From Planctomycetota bacterium (GTDB lineage Bacteria; Planctomycetota; J058), in contig JAGQRJ010000710.1 of the NCBI GenBank assembly GCA_020425635.1, positions 1 to 51,663 on the forward strand: a DNA stretch of 51,663 bases, written 5' to 3'. This document shows positions 1-9,260 of the stretch, in pieces; within the stretch, counting starts at the first letter, position 1, and the number at the start of each line of letters is the position of its first letter. Under the pieces are notes generated by a model. The model made no database searches, was not told where the DNA came from, and saw nothing but the letters and a program-made list of their open reading frames with translations. Made by a program: the position numbers and the translations under genes.

Positions 1-81
1 CGTCGCGCGGGAGCCCGTCGCGCGGGAGCCCGTCGCGCAGGACCCCGACGAGGATCCCGTCGAGGAGCCCGTCGCGGAGCC
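1..81 (+). repeat. Degenerate tandem repeat inside the truncated TPR gene, encoding an acidic Pro-rich linker (VAREP VAREP VAQDP DEDP VEEP VAEP)
   Basis: cgtcgcgcgggagcc occurs twice in tandem (1-15, 16-30). It is followed by cgtcgcgcaggaccc (31-45) and 12-nt variants at 46-57, 58-69 and 70-81. The repeat is in frame with the downstream TPR ORF. Confidence 0.8.
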
Positions 82-1084
82 CCCGCCGGGTCCCGCCGCG
101 ACCCCGGCGCCCACCGCGGTGCAGTGGCTGCAGCGGGGGCAGGCGAAGCTCGAGGCAGGGCGCTTCGCCGAGGCGCTCCGCGACCTCGACCGCGCGTTGG
201 AGCTCGACCCCGACTGGGCGGCCGCGCTCACCGACCGCGGGGTGTGCAAGATCCAGCTCGGGCGCTTCGAGGACGCGATCGCGGACTTCGACCGCAGCCT
301 GGCCCAGCGCCCCGACCAGGTCGTCGCGCTCTCGAGCCGCGGCTTCACGCACGCCAAGCTCGGGGGCCAGGCCCAGGCGCTGCGAGACTTCGACCGCGCC
401 CTCGAGCTCGACCCCGGCCACCTCCCCGCGCGCTTCAACCGGGGCATGCTCTACGCGAGCCTGGGCGACCACGAGGCCGCGATCGCCGACTTCAGCCGCG
501 TCACCGAGGACAACCCCCAGGACGCGTATGCCTGGGCCTACCTCGGGGAGCTGAAGCTCAAGCTCGGCCAGAACGAGGCCGCGCTCCCCGACCTCGACCG
601 CGCCCTCGCGCTGAACCCCGCCGAGGCGGGCGCCTGGGCCAACCGCGGCTGGGCCAAGGCGCGCCTGGGGCGCTCGGCGGAGGCCCTCGTCGACCTGAAC
701 CGCTCCCTCGAGCTGCTCCCGAACCAGGTCACGGCGTTGACCAACCGGGCGACGGTGTTCGCCCAGCTCGAGCGCAACCTCGACGCCCTCGCCGACTTCG
801 ACCGCGTGCTCGAGCTCGACCCCCAGCGACTCCTGGCCTGGCGGAACCGCGCCGCGCTCAACGTCAAGCTCGAGCGCTACCCCGAGGCGATCGCCGACTA
901 CGACCGCGCGCTCACGCTCGACCCCAAGGACGCGGTGGCCTTGGGAAACCGAGGTTGGCTCTTGTCCCGGCTCGGGCGCCACGACGCCGCGGTCCGCGAC
1001 TTCGACCGCGCGCTGGCGCTCGACCCCCAGGTCCCCGGCGTCGCGGAGTGGCGCGCCGCCGCGCTGCGCGAGCTCGAGAAGTAG
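2..1084 (+). CDS. TPR repeat protein, 5'-truncated by the window edge
   Basis: The frame is open from nt 2, and the tracked GTG at 119 is internal to it. About nine 34-aa units carry a recurring A-x-x-D-F/L-D/N-R-A/S-L-E/A-L-D/N-P signature. Stop TAG at 1082-1084. Confidence 0.85.
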   Translation, partial: VAREPVAREPVAQDPDEDPVEEPVAEPPPGPAATPAPTAVQWLQRGQAKLEAGRFAEALRDLDRALELDPDWAAALTDRGVCKIQLGRFEDAIADFDRSLAQRPDQVVALSSRGFTHAKLGGQAQALRDFDRALELDPGHLPARFNRGMLYASLGDHEAAIADFSRVTEDNPQDAYAWAYLGELKLKLGQNEAALPDLDRALALNPAEAGAWANRGWAKARLGRSAEALVDLNRSLELLPNQVTALTNRATVFAQLERNLDALADFDRVLELDPQRLLAWRNRAALNVKLERYPEAIADYDRALTLDPKDAVALGNRGWLLSRLGRHDAAVRDFDRALALDPQVPGVAEWRAAALRELEK

Positions 1085-1161
1085 GCCGCGCCCCGGCCCG
1101 GGTAGCCGACCGTCCCGGGGCCGCGCGCTCCGGAGCGCATGCTCGCCGGTTAAGCTGGCGC

Positions 1162-2634
1162 ATGGACGAGCTGAGCGAAAATGGCAAGCGACGGATCTAC
1201 TCCGTCCTCGTGCGCGTCGCCAACGCCGACGGGCACATTGACGTCACCGAGCGCGCGCTCTTGGAACGCGTCGCCGGAGCCTACGGGATCGCGCCCGACG
1301 AGGCTCAACGGCTCGAGCGCGAGGCACCCACCGCCGAGTGGCGGATCGGCAACGCCGACGTAGAACGGCGCGCCCTGGCCCGCGGTATGGTCCAAGTCGC
1401 TGCCGCCGACGGTGTGCTCGATCCGCGCGAGCTCGAGCTCTTGAAGCGGATCGCCGCCGCTGTGGGACTGCCTGCGGCAGCCCTAGAGCGAGCGATCGCG
1501 ACTGCCTTGGCCCACGCGCAGCCCACGGCTCAGGGGGACCCTCCGAAGTGGGGGCTCGACGTGTGCACCGAGGGGGAGTGGATTCCCTTGATCGATCAAG
1601 GGGAGTTCCTGGAGCGCGCGGTCGCGGTGCTGAGAGAGAAGGACCGCTGGTCGCAGGTGGAGGCCGTCGACCGCCGCCGCGAGGGTCGAATGTCGGTCGC
1701 CTTCGCCTTGCAGGTCATGGCGCACCCGCTGCTTGGCGAACAGCCGGCGCTGGTCGCGCGCTACCGGTCGCCGCACGGCGAGATGATCAGCGAGCGGAGC
1801 GTGGCCTTCCTGGTGCACCCGTTCGAGCTGATCCCTCAACTGGTCGAGGAGTTCGGCAGCGCCGAAATGCGCGGGGCGATCTTGGAGAAGCTCGGGTGGC
1901 TTCCTCTGCCTCGAGTCGAGCCGCACGCGCACGCGCGACTCCAGGCGCAGAGGGTAGCCGCCTGCCGCACTGGCGACCGCGCTGCCCTGGCAGCCACGGC
2001 CAAGGAACTCTATGCCCTGGCCGAGACGACCTGCGGCGCCCAGCTCTTGATCGACGCCAGCGAGCTGCTGCTCTTGGCGGGAGAGGAGCAGGCAGCGTTC
2101 TCGCTGATCTTGGCAGGCGCAGAGTCGTTTCCGGACAAGCCGCTCAGGATCCGCTCGTCGAGCCTCGGCGCGATCGGGCGCCTGGGCCAGGAGTTCGTGC
2201 TGCAGGTGGTCCTCTGGCTGGGGGCCGAGTGTCCAGGGGGCCGGGACCCCGGACGGGTCTACGCGGTGCTCTCCTTCCTCGGAGAGAGCATGAGCTACCC
2301 GCTGGTCCGTGGACCGAGCGACGTCGAACCCCTGGCTGATCCAGACCTGCTGAGCTCCCTCGTAGGGCAGGTTTTCGGCGCGGTCTCCTCGGCGCTCGTG
2401 TGGCAGGCTGCCGTATGGCAGTCGTATCTGGCGGGGCGCACCGTCTCCGCCGAGCGCCTGCAAGACGGACTGGGGCGCGTCCGCCCCTACGCGGAGCTCC
2501 TCCTCGGCTCCGACGACTGCGCGGCTCTAGGGCATGAGTTCGTGCAGCCCGAAGGAGGCAAGCGCCGGTTGACCGAGCTGCTCGACCGGGCGCGCGAAGC
2601 GGTCCAGCACCAGGTCTGGCCGTCCGAAACTTGA
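1162..2634 (+). CDS. TerB-like (tellurite-resistance/DjlA N-terminal type) domain protein with an uncharacterised ~350-aa C-terminal region
   Basis: ATG at 1162 lies inside the long shadow ORF 124..2634. The N-terminus has two helical half-repeats: RRIYSVLVRVANADGHIDVTERALLERVAGAYGI and ALARGMVQVAAADGVLDPRELELLKRIAAAVGL. I do not recognise any family in the C-terminal part. Confidence 0.6.
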   Translation: MDELSENGKRRIYSVLVRVANADGHIDVTERALLERVAGAYGIAPDEAQRLEREAPTAEWRIGNADVERRALARGMVQVAAADGVLDPRELELLKRIAAAVGLPAAALERAIATALAHAQPTAQGDPPKWGLDVCTEGEWIPLIDQGEFLERAVAVLREKDRWSQVEAVDRRREGRMSVAFALQVMAHPLLGEQPALVARYRSPHGEMISERSVAFLVHPFELIPQLVEEFGSAEMRGAILEKLGWLPLPRVEPHAHARLQAQRVAACRTGDRAALAATAKELYALAETTCGAQLLIDASELLLLAGEEQAAFSLILAGAESFPDKPLRIRSSSLGAIGRLGQEFVLQVVLWLGAECPGGRDPGRVYAVLSFLGESMSYPLVRGPSDVEPLADPDLLSSLVGQVFGAVSSALVWQAAVWQSYLAGRTVSAERLQDGLGRVRPYAELLLGSDDCAALGHEFVQPEGGKRRLTELLDRAREAVQHQVWPSET

Positions 2635-2728
2635 GCGCGGCAACTCCGCACCGCGCCCGCTCCCGAGTGGCCCGGCCTCGAGTCGACCGCTCGCGCGCCA
2701 GCGCATAGGATCGCGGCAGGAGGCGGCG

Positions 2729-4489
2729 GTGCCGGCGGAGGACTGGATCGAAGTCGCGCGCAGCGACGACCTCGTCGGCGCGGGGCCGCTGGCGGTGTCG
2801 GCCCGCGGGCTCGACCTGGTGCTCGTGCGGAGCGGCGCCGAGCTGCGCGCCTTCGACGGGGTGTGCCCGCACCAGGGCACGCTCCTGGGCGAGGGCGAGC
2901 TCTGTGACGGTCAGCTCGTGTGCCGCACGCACCGCTGGCGCTTCGACGCGACCCGCGGCCAGCGCGACGGCGGGCCCGAGTGCCTGGCGCGCTATCCGGT
3001 GCGCGCGCGGGACGGGCGGATCTTCGTGGACCTCGGGGCGCGGCGGGTCGCGCCGAGCGCCCAGGGGCGCCGCCGGTGGCACGACCTCCCGGGCCCCCGC
3101 GGCGTGCCCGGGTTCGGCAGCGCGCTCCAGCTCGGCCGCGGCCAGCTCCACGCCCGCATGGAGCAGTGGAGCGAGGCCTACGGTCCCTACTGCGGGTTCA
3201 AGCTGGGGAGCACCCCGGTGTTCTTGATCTCCGACGCCGAGCTCACGAGCCGGGCCCTGCGGGCGCGGCCCCAGGTCTTTCGCCGGCTGAGCAAGATCGA
3301 GGCGGTCTTCCGCGAGCTCGGCGTGGAGAGCGTGTTCACCGCCGAGGGCGACGGGTGGCGTCGACAGCGCCGCCTGACCATGGGCGCGCTCTCGGAGCCC
3401 AACCTGGCGGGCTTCTACCCGGTCTTGCGCAGGGTGCTCGCGCGCCTGCTGCGCCATTGGCAAGCGAAGGCCGCGCGCGGCGAGGCCTTCCTCATTCAAG
3501 AGGACCTGCTGCGCTTCTCGGCCGACGTGATCACGAGCCTCGCCTTCGGGCGCGACGTCAACACGATCGAGGGCGGGAACGACGTGTTCCAGGACAAGAT
3601 CGCCACGATCCTGGTGGCCCTCTCCCGGCGCATGGCGGCGGTGGTCCCCTACTGGCGCTTCGTCTCGCTGCCGCGCGACCGCGCGCTCTACCGCGCGCTC
3701 GGCGAGCTGCGCGAGTGGGCGGCGACGATCGTCGCCGAGACCCGAGCCTCCCTGGCCCAGGACCCCGGGCGGGCGCCCGAGAACTTCCTCGAGGCCATGC
3801 TCACCGCGACCGACGCGGAGGGGCGGCCCTTCGACGAGCCGGTGATCCTCGGCAACGCGCTGACCATGCTCCTGGCGGGAGAAGGGCTCACCGGCAACAG
3901 CCTGGCCTGGTCGGTGCACGAGCTCTGCGACGCGCCGGCGGCGGTGGCGGCGCTGCGCGCGGAGGTCGACGGCGTGCTGGGGGGCGAGGCCTTCCCCGCC
4001 GACTTCGCGGCGACGAAGGCGCTGCGCTACGCCGACGCCGTCACCCGCGAGACCCTGCGCCTGCGCCCGGTCGCGCCCTTCTCGCTCCTGGAGGCCACCC
4101 GCGACACCGCCCTCGGCGACCTCGACGTCCGCGCCGGCGAGGTCTTGATCTGCCTCTACCGCGGCCCCGCGACCCGCGACGAGGTCGGCCCCGACGCCGG
4201 GCGCTTCTCGCCCGAGCGCTGGCTCGACGAGGACCCCGAGGCGCTCGCCAAGCTCAACGCGGTGCACATGCCCTTCGGCTCCGGCCCGCGGATCTGCCCC
4301 GGGCGCTCGCTGGCCCTGCTCGAGCTGCGGGCGGTGCTCTCGCTGCTCTACCGGAACTTCGACGTGGAGCGGGTGGGCGCACCCGAGGAGGTCGGCGAGA
4401 CCTTCCGCTTCGCGGCGGTCGAGCCGGAGGGCTTGCGCGTGCGGCTGCGCGCGCGCGCAGCCGCGCCCGCGGCCCCGCGGCCGGCCTGA
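2729..4489 (+). CDS. Rieske [2Fe-2S] ferredoxin domain fused N-terminally to a cytochrome P450 (586 aa)
   Basis: GTG start is preceded by AGGAGG (2720-2725). Rieske motif: C-P-H-x16-C-x2-H (GVCPHQGTLLGEGELCDGQLVCRTHRW). P450 motifs: ETLRLRP (ExxR), FSPERW, and the heme loop FGSGPRICPGRSLA. Confidence 0.85.
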   Translation: MPAEDWIEVARSDDLVGAGPLAVSARGLDLVLVRSGAELRAFDGVCPHQGTLLGEGELCDGQLVCRTHRWRFDATRGQRDGGPECLARYPVRARDGRIFVDLGARRVAPSAQGRRRWHDLPGPRGVPGFGSALQLGRGQLHARMEQWSEAYGPYCGFKLGSTPVFLISDAELTSRALRARPQVFRRLSKIEAVFRELGVESVFTAEGDGWRRQRRLTMGALSEPNLAGFYPVLRRVLARLLRHWQAKAARGEAFLIQEDLLRFSADVITSLAFGRDVNTIEGGNDVFQDKIATILVALSRRMAAVVPYWRFVSLPRDRALYRALGELREWAATIVAETRASLAQDPGRAPENFLEAMLTATDAEGRPFDEPVILGNALTMLLAGEGLTGNSLAWSVHELCDAPAAVAALRAEVDGVLGGEAFPADFAATKALRYADAVTRETLRLRPVAPFSLLEATRDTALGDLDVRAGEVLICLYRGPATRDEVGPDAGRFSPERWLDEDPEALAKLNAVHMPFGSGPRICPGRSLALLELRAVLSLLYRNFDVERVGAPEEVGETFRFAAVEPEGLRVRLRARAAAPAAPRPA

Positions 4490-4569
4490 CGACCTCAAGT
4501 TCTTGTCGACAACGCGAGAGATCCCTCTAAGATCGATCACGCGACGCGAAGTATCGGCACCACAGGCAG

Positions 4570-7500
4570 TTGAGAGTGCCCGGCAGCAACGACGACGTCC
4601 TGATCCCCTTCTTGAGCTGGGCCGATCGCCACCCAGATCGGCGGCTGTTCTGCTTTCTCGACGCGCAGGGTCGCGAGGTCGAGCAGCACACCTACGGCGA
4701 GTTCGTCGTCCGCACCGGCGCCGTGGCCGAGTTCTTGCAGCGCTCGCTGCCGAAGCTGCGCGCCGGCGATCGGGTGCTCCTGGCCTACCCGCCGGGCCTG
4801 GACATGATCACCGCGTTCTTCGCCTGCGTGCGCCTGGGCTGGATCCCGGTGCCGGTCTACCCGCCCACCAGCCACGGCTACGACGGCGCCCTCGCGAAGA
4901 TGAACTTCATTGCGCAGGACTGCGGCGCGTCGGCGGTGCTCACCACCCGCGCCTTCTACTGGTCCATGCGCGTGAACCGGGTGCGGCACCGGATCCGCAC
5001 CCGCTCCCTGCGGCGCGACCCGGTGAGCGCCCTGCCCTGGGTGCGGACCAGCGACGCCCCGCGCGCCCAGCGCCCCGAGTTCGAGCCGGGCCACAGCGAG
5101 ACCTTGTTCCTGCAGTACACCTCCGGGTCGACCCGCAACCCGCGGGGCGTGATGGTTTCGCACCGCAACCTGCTGAGCAACTGCGAGGCGGTGGTCGACC
5201 ACCTGCCCGTCGGGGTCTCGTGGCTGCCGCAGTACCACGACATGGGGCTGATCGGCTACTACCTGTTCTTTGCCATGAAAGGCGGGACGACCTACGGCTT
5301 CAGCCCCGTGGACTTCATTCAGCGCCCGCTGCTGTGGCTCGAGACGATCACCAAGTACCGCGGCACCGCGGCCTCGGCCCCGGACTTCGCCTTCGCTTAC
5401 TGCCTGCGCGAAGACAAGGTCCCCACCGACGCGCTCGCCCGCCTGGACCTGAGCTCGCTGCGCTTCTTCATGAACGCCGCGGAGCCCGTGCGGGCGGCCA
5501 ACGTGCGGGCCTTCCTCCAGCGCTTCCGCCCCGCCGGGCTGCGCCCCGAGGTCTTCTTCTCCGCCTTCGGGCTGGCGGAGTACACCCTCGCGGCCACCAA
5601 CTACGGGCGCCGGATCCTGACCGTCGACGCCGCGGCCTTCGCCGGCGGGAGCGTGGTCCCCTCGGCGGCGCCCTTGGGGCCGGCCGGGAAGGAGCTCGTG
5701 AGCTGCGGCGCCCCGCTGCCCGGGGTCGAGCTGCGGATCGTCGACCCCGAGACCCGCGCCCCCTTGCCCGCCGAGCAGGTCGGCGAGATCTGGCTCGCGG
5801 GGCCGAGCCGCTGCGCCGGCTACTGGGGTCAGCCCCAGGCCACCCGCGAGGTGTTCGAGGCCCGCCTCGCCGGCGACCCGAGCACCCCCTGGCTGCGCAC
5901 CGGCGACCTGGGCTTCCTCCACGGGGAGGAGCTATTCCACTGCGGCCGGCTCAAGGACCTGGTGATCCTGCGCGGGCAGAACTACTACCCCCAGGACGTG
6001 GAGGCGATCGTCCAGCAAGACCCGCGCGTGCGCGCCGGCTGCACCGCCGCCTTCTCCGTCGTCGCCGACGAGGCCGCCGAGGAGGCGCTGGTGGTCGTGG
6101 CCGAGCTGCGCGACCCCGCCCGGCTGCCCGACGCCGCGGCGCTCAGCCGCCAGGTGCAGGCGGCGCTGGGGATCGCGGTCGACACCCTGGTGTTCATCCG
6201 CGCGCGGACCCTCGCCAAGACCAGCTCCGGCAAGGTCTCGCGGCACCGGGTCAAGCGCGCCTACCTCGAGGGCGAGCTCGAGGCGGTCGCGGTCGTCCGC
6301 CCGGGCCTGGGCGAGGCCAGCGGGTCCGCCGCCGCGGCGACGGACCCCGTGCACGAGGTCTTCGCCCGCTACGGGCTGCGCGGCACCGAGGAGTGGACCC
6401 TCGCGGAGTCGGGGATCGACTCCCTGCGCCTGGTCGAGCTCGCCCAGGACCTCAAGGGCGTGCTCGTCGAGGCCGGCCTCGAGGAGCTCAGCGAGGCGCT
6501 CACCGTCCAGAGCCTGCAGCAGCTCGCGATCGCCGAGCTCGGCGCGCTGCTGACCCAGGTGGCCGAGGGCCCGAGCGTGGCCCGGGTCCGCTTCCGGCGC
6601 GTGCTGACCCGGATCGCCAAGGAGCACCACGCCTTCGAGCAAGAGCTCATGGAGCGGGACGCCCGGCTCAACTTCGACCCGGCGTGCTTGCCCGTGTTCA
6701 GGGGCCTCTCCGAGGCCCCTCGCCCTCGGAGCGAAGCTCCTCGGGCTCAGCCCAAGGGGCCGCAGGCGCCGGGCTCCGAGGCGCCAGCGGCGGGCAGTGT
6801 CTTCCTCACCGGCGGGACCGGCTTCTTCGGGCCCTTCCTCCTGCTCGAGCTGCTGCGGCAGCTCCCCGAGCGCCCGGTGCTCGTGCTCGTGCGCGCCGAG
6901 ACCCCCGAGGCCGGCAAGCAGCGGCTACTCGAGGCCCTGGCCACGGTGCGTCCGCTGGCGGAGCTCCCCCCGGCCTGGCTCGAGCGGATCCAGCCCGTGT
7001 GCGGCGACCTGGCCCGCACCAACCTGGGGCTCACGACCGCCGCCTGGGAGGCCCTCGCCGAGCAGGTGGGCACGATCTACCACAACGGCGCCCTGGTGAA
7101 CTACCTCTACGACTACGCCACCATGCGCGCCACCAACGTGGCCGGCACGAACGAGGTCCTGCGCCTGGCCATGAGCCACCGGCCCAAGCAGCTCAACCAC
7201 GTCTCGAGCACGTTCATCTTCGGCTGGTCGACCAAGGAGGTGCTCTGGGAGACCGACCCCAACGAAGACCGCGAGCTGCTCGACTTCGGCTACAGCCAGT
7301 CGAAGTGGGTCGCCGAGCAGGTCGTGCGCGACGCCATGGCGCAGGGCCTGCAGGCGCGGATCTTCCGCCCCGCGCTGATCACGCCCTCGGTGGCCGGCGG
7401 CGGCGGGTCCTTCGACATCGCCGTGCGCCTGCTGGCCTTCATGGTCAAGCACCAGCTCACCACCACCGCCCAGAACCAGGTCAGCTTCTGCCCCGCCGAC

Positions 7501-7905
7501 CTGGTCGCGCGGAACATCGTCGCGATCGGCGAGCAGCCCGCCAGCGTCGGCCTGACCTTCCACGTGACTCGCGACGACTACGCCAACATGAGCGACGTCA
7601 CCGCGATCCTCGCCCAGCTCGGCGAGCTGAAGTTCACCGCCTACGACCTCGACCGCTTCGTGACCGAGGTCACCGAGCGCTGCGTCCCCGGGGACATTCT
7701 GTTTCCGCTGCTCGACTTCTTCCTGCGCTCCATGGACAACATCGCGGCCATGGAGTTCAAGCGCTACGACAACGCCGCCTACCGGCGCTTCCGCGCCAGC
7801 TCGCCCGAGGGCCTGGCCGACCCCCCGCTCCGCGACGTGGTCGGCGGACTGTGGCGCTTCATGAAGCGCCGCGGGCTGATCGCCGCGCCGGCCGGGGTCG
7901 TCTAA
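4570..7905 (+). CDS. Carboxylic-acid-reductase-like tridomain enzyme: fatty acyl-AMP ligase/adenylation domain, carrier protein and thioester reductase (1111 aa)
   Basis: Adenylation motifs: YTSGSTRNPRGVMVSH, TGDLGF, GRLKDLVILRGQNYYPQDVE, KTSSGKVSR. Carrier-protein Ser lies in LAESGIDSLRLVEL. Reductase domain has the Rossmann motif VFLTGGTGFFG and YSQSKWVAE (YxxxK). Start is TTG 4570, with GTG 4576 as an alternative. Confidence 0.85.
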   Translation: MRVPGSNDDVLIPFLSWADRHPDRRLFCFLDAQGREVEQHTYGEFVVRTGAVAEFLQRSLPKLRAGDRVLLAYPPGLDMITAFFACVRLGWIPVPVYPPTSHGYDGALAKMNFIAQDCGASAVLTTRAFYWSMRVNRVRHRIRTRSLRRDPVSALPWVRTSDAPRAQRPEFEPGHSETLFLQYTSGSTRNPRGVMVSHRNLLSNCEAVVDHLPVGVSWLPQYHDMGLIGYYLFFAMKGGTTYGFSPVDFIQRPLLWLETITKYRGTAASAPDFAFAYCLREDKVPTDALARLDLSSLRFFMNAAEPVRAANVRAFLQRFRPAGLRPEVFFSAFGLAEYTLAATNYGRRILTVDAAAFAGGSVVPSAAPLGPAGKELVSCGAPLPGVELRIVDPETRAPLPAEQVGEIWLAGPSRCAGYWGQPQATREVFEARLAGDPSTPWLRTGDLGFLHGEELFHCGRLKDLVILRGQNYYPQDVEAIVQQDPRVRAGCTAAFSVVADEAAEEALVVVAELRDPARLPDAAALSRQVQAALGIAVDTLVFIRARTLAKTSSGKVSRHRVKRAYLEGELEAVAVVRPGLGEASGSAAAATDPVHEVFARYGLRGTEEWTLAESGIDSLRLVELAQDLKGVLVEAGLEELSEALTVQSLQQLAIAELGALLTQVAEGPSVARVRFRRVLTRIAKEHHAFEQELMERDARLNFDPACLPVFRGLSEAPRPRSEAPRAQPKGPQAPGSEAPAAGSVFLTGGTGFFGPFLLLELLRQLPERPVLVLVRAETPEAGKQRLLEALATVRPLAELPPAWLERIQPVCGDLARTNLGLTTAAWEALAEQVGTIYHNGALVNYLYDYATMRATNVAGTNEVLRLAMSHRPKQLNHVSSTFIFGWSTKEVLWETDPNEDRELLDFGYSQSKWVAEQVVRDAMAQGLQARIFRPALITPSVAGGGGSFDIAVRLLAFMVKHQLTTTAQNQVSFCPADLVARNIVAIGEQPASVGLTFHVTRDDYANMSDVTAILAQLGELKFTAYDLDRFVTEVTERCVPGDILFPLLDFFLRSMDNIAAMEFKRYDNAAYRRFRASSPEGLADPPLRDVVGGLWRFMKRRGLIAAPAGVV

Positions 7906-9260
7906 TGGCGATCTCCAACGTGCCGCACGTGTCGCGGACCACGGCCTTTCTCGACGCCAAGCACATGGTGCAGAACCCGGTCGAGGTGTTCGAGCGCTAC
8001 CGGGCGAGCCTCGGGCCGACCTTCACCTTCCACTTCGGCGGGGCCAAGCGCGCGGTCGTCTCGACCGAGCCCGAGTTCTTGCAGCACGTGCTCAAGACCC
8101 ACCACGGCAACTACGTGAAGTCCCACATTCAGACCAAGCACATGGTCGAGTTCCAGGGGGTGGGCCTGGTCAACAGCCACGGCGAGGAGTGGCTGCGCCG
8201 GCGCAAGCTCGTGGCCCGGGGCTTCACGCCGAGCCGCATGGCGAGCATGCTCCCCCTGCAGATCGAGGTGCTCGACGGGCTCATGGCCCGCTTCGAGGCC
8301 GACGCGGCCGCGGGGCCGGTCGACGTCTACGAGCACATGGTGCGCTTCACCCTGGGCATGGTCGGGCGCTCGATCTTCGGGCGCGCCGCCACCGACGCCG
8401 AGCTGCAGCAGATCGCCGACGCGATCAGCGAGATCCAGGCCTACATCGTCGAAATGATCGTGCAGCCCTACCTGATCCCGTGGTTCCGGATCACGGGCAA
8501 GGCCCGGCGCTACCAACGGATCCGGCGCGAGGCCGACGCGGTGGTGCTGCGGCACATCGAGGCCCGGCGGGCCACGAGCTCGGTGGGCTACGACTTCCTC
8601 AAGCTGCTGCTCGAGGAGCCCTTCCACGACACCCAGAGCCCCATGGAGGAGGGCCAGGCGCTGGTCGAGGCCCTGCAGCTCATGGTCGCGGGCAACGAGA
8701 CCTCGTCGATCGCCGCCACCTGGTTGCTCTACCTGCTGGCGATCCACCCGGAGCACGCCGCGCGGATCCAGGCGGAGGTCGACGCCCACGTCGGCCAGGG
8801 GCCGATCACCGCCGCCTCGCTCAAGGAGCTCGAACACACGGTCCGCTGCCTGCACGAGGCGCTGCGGCTCTACCCGCCGTTTTGGATGATCGACCGGATC
8901 GCGCTCCAGGACGACGAGGCCGCCGGGGTGAAGATCCCCAAGGGCGCCATGGTGATCCCCTACATTTACGGCACGCACCGCAACACCGCGCTCTGGGACG
9001 ACCCCGAGCGCTTCGACCCCGACCGCTTCCTCAAGCCCGCGGTCCAGGCGCGGCACCCCTTCGCGCACGTGCCCTTCGGCGGCGGCCCCCGGCTGTGCGT
9101 GGGCAACAGCATGGCGATCTCCCAGATCACGCTGATCGTGGCCACGCTCTTGCGCCGCTACGACCTGCGCTACGAGCGCGACGAGCCGGTGCGGACCCGG
9201 CCCATGATGCTCCTGCGCCCCGACGGCGACGTGCCCGTGCGCTTCGTCCCGAGGGCGTAA
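7905..9260 (+). CDS. Cytochrome P450 (451 aa)
   Basis: ATG 7905 overlaps the upstream stop (TAATG). Motifs: I-helix MVAGNETSS, EALRLYPP (ExxR), FDPDRF, and the heme loop FGGGPRLCVGNSMA. This is the only real part of shadow ORF 4503..9260. Confidence 0.9.
   Translation: MAISNVPHVSRTTAFLDAKHMVQNPVEVFERYRASLGPTFTFHFGGAKRAVVSTEPEFLQHVLKTHHGNYVKSHIQTKHMVEFQGVGLVNSHGEEWLRRRKLVARGFTPSRMASMLPLQIEVLDGLMARFEADAAAGPVDVYEHMVRFTLGMVGRSIFGRAATDAELQQIADAISEIQAYIVEMIVQPYLIPWFRITGKARRYQRIRREADAVVLRHIEARRATSSVGYDFLKLLLEEPFHDTQSPMEEGQALVEALQLMVAGNETSSIAATWLLYLLAIHPEHAARIQAEVDAHVGQGPITAASLKELEHTVRCLHEALRLYPPFWMIDRIALQDDEAAGVKIPKGAMVIPYIYGTHRNTALWDDPERFDPDRFLKPAVQARHPFAHVPFGGGPRLCVGNSMAISQITLIVATLLRRYDLRYERDEPVRTRPMMLLRPDGDVPVRFVPRA

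Noticed and set aside
124-1161. The 5' part of the 836-aa ORF 124..2634 overlaps the TPR gene in another frame.
   Set aside because: Its translation is Arg/Pro/Gly/Ala-rich low-complexity sequence, typical of an off-frame shadow in GC-rich DNA. Recognisable sequence (the TerB domain) begins only at ATG 1162, after the TPR stop.
2144-4540. A 798-aa minus-strand ORF lies antisense to the Rieske-P450 gene.
   Set aside because: It has no motifs and an extreme Arg/Gly/Ala/Pro composition. The plus-strand frame carries complete Rieske and P450 signatures.
4503-7904. The first ~1130 codons of the 1585-aa ORF 4503..9260.
   Set aside because: This is an out-of-frame shadow of the A-ACP-R gene with Arg/Pro-rich translation. 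Only the last 451 codons, from ATG 7905, encode a P450.
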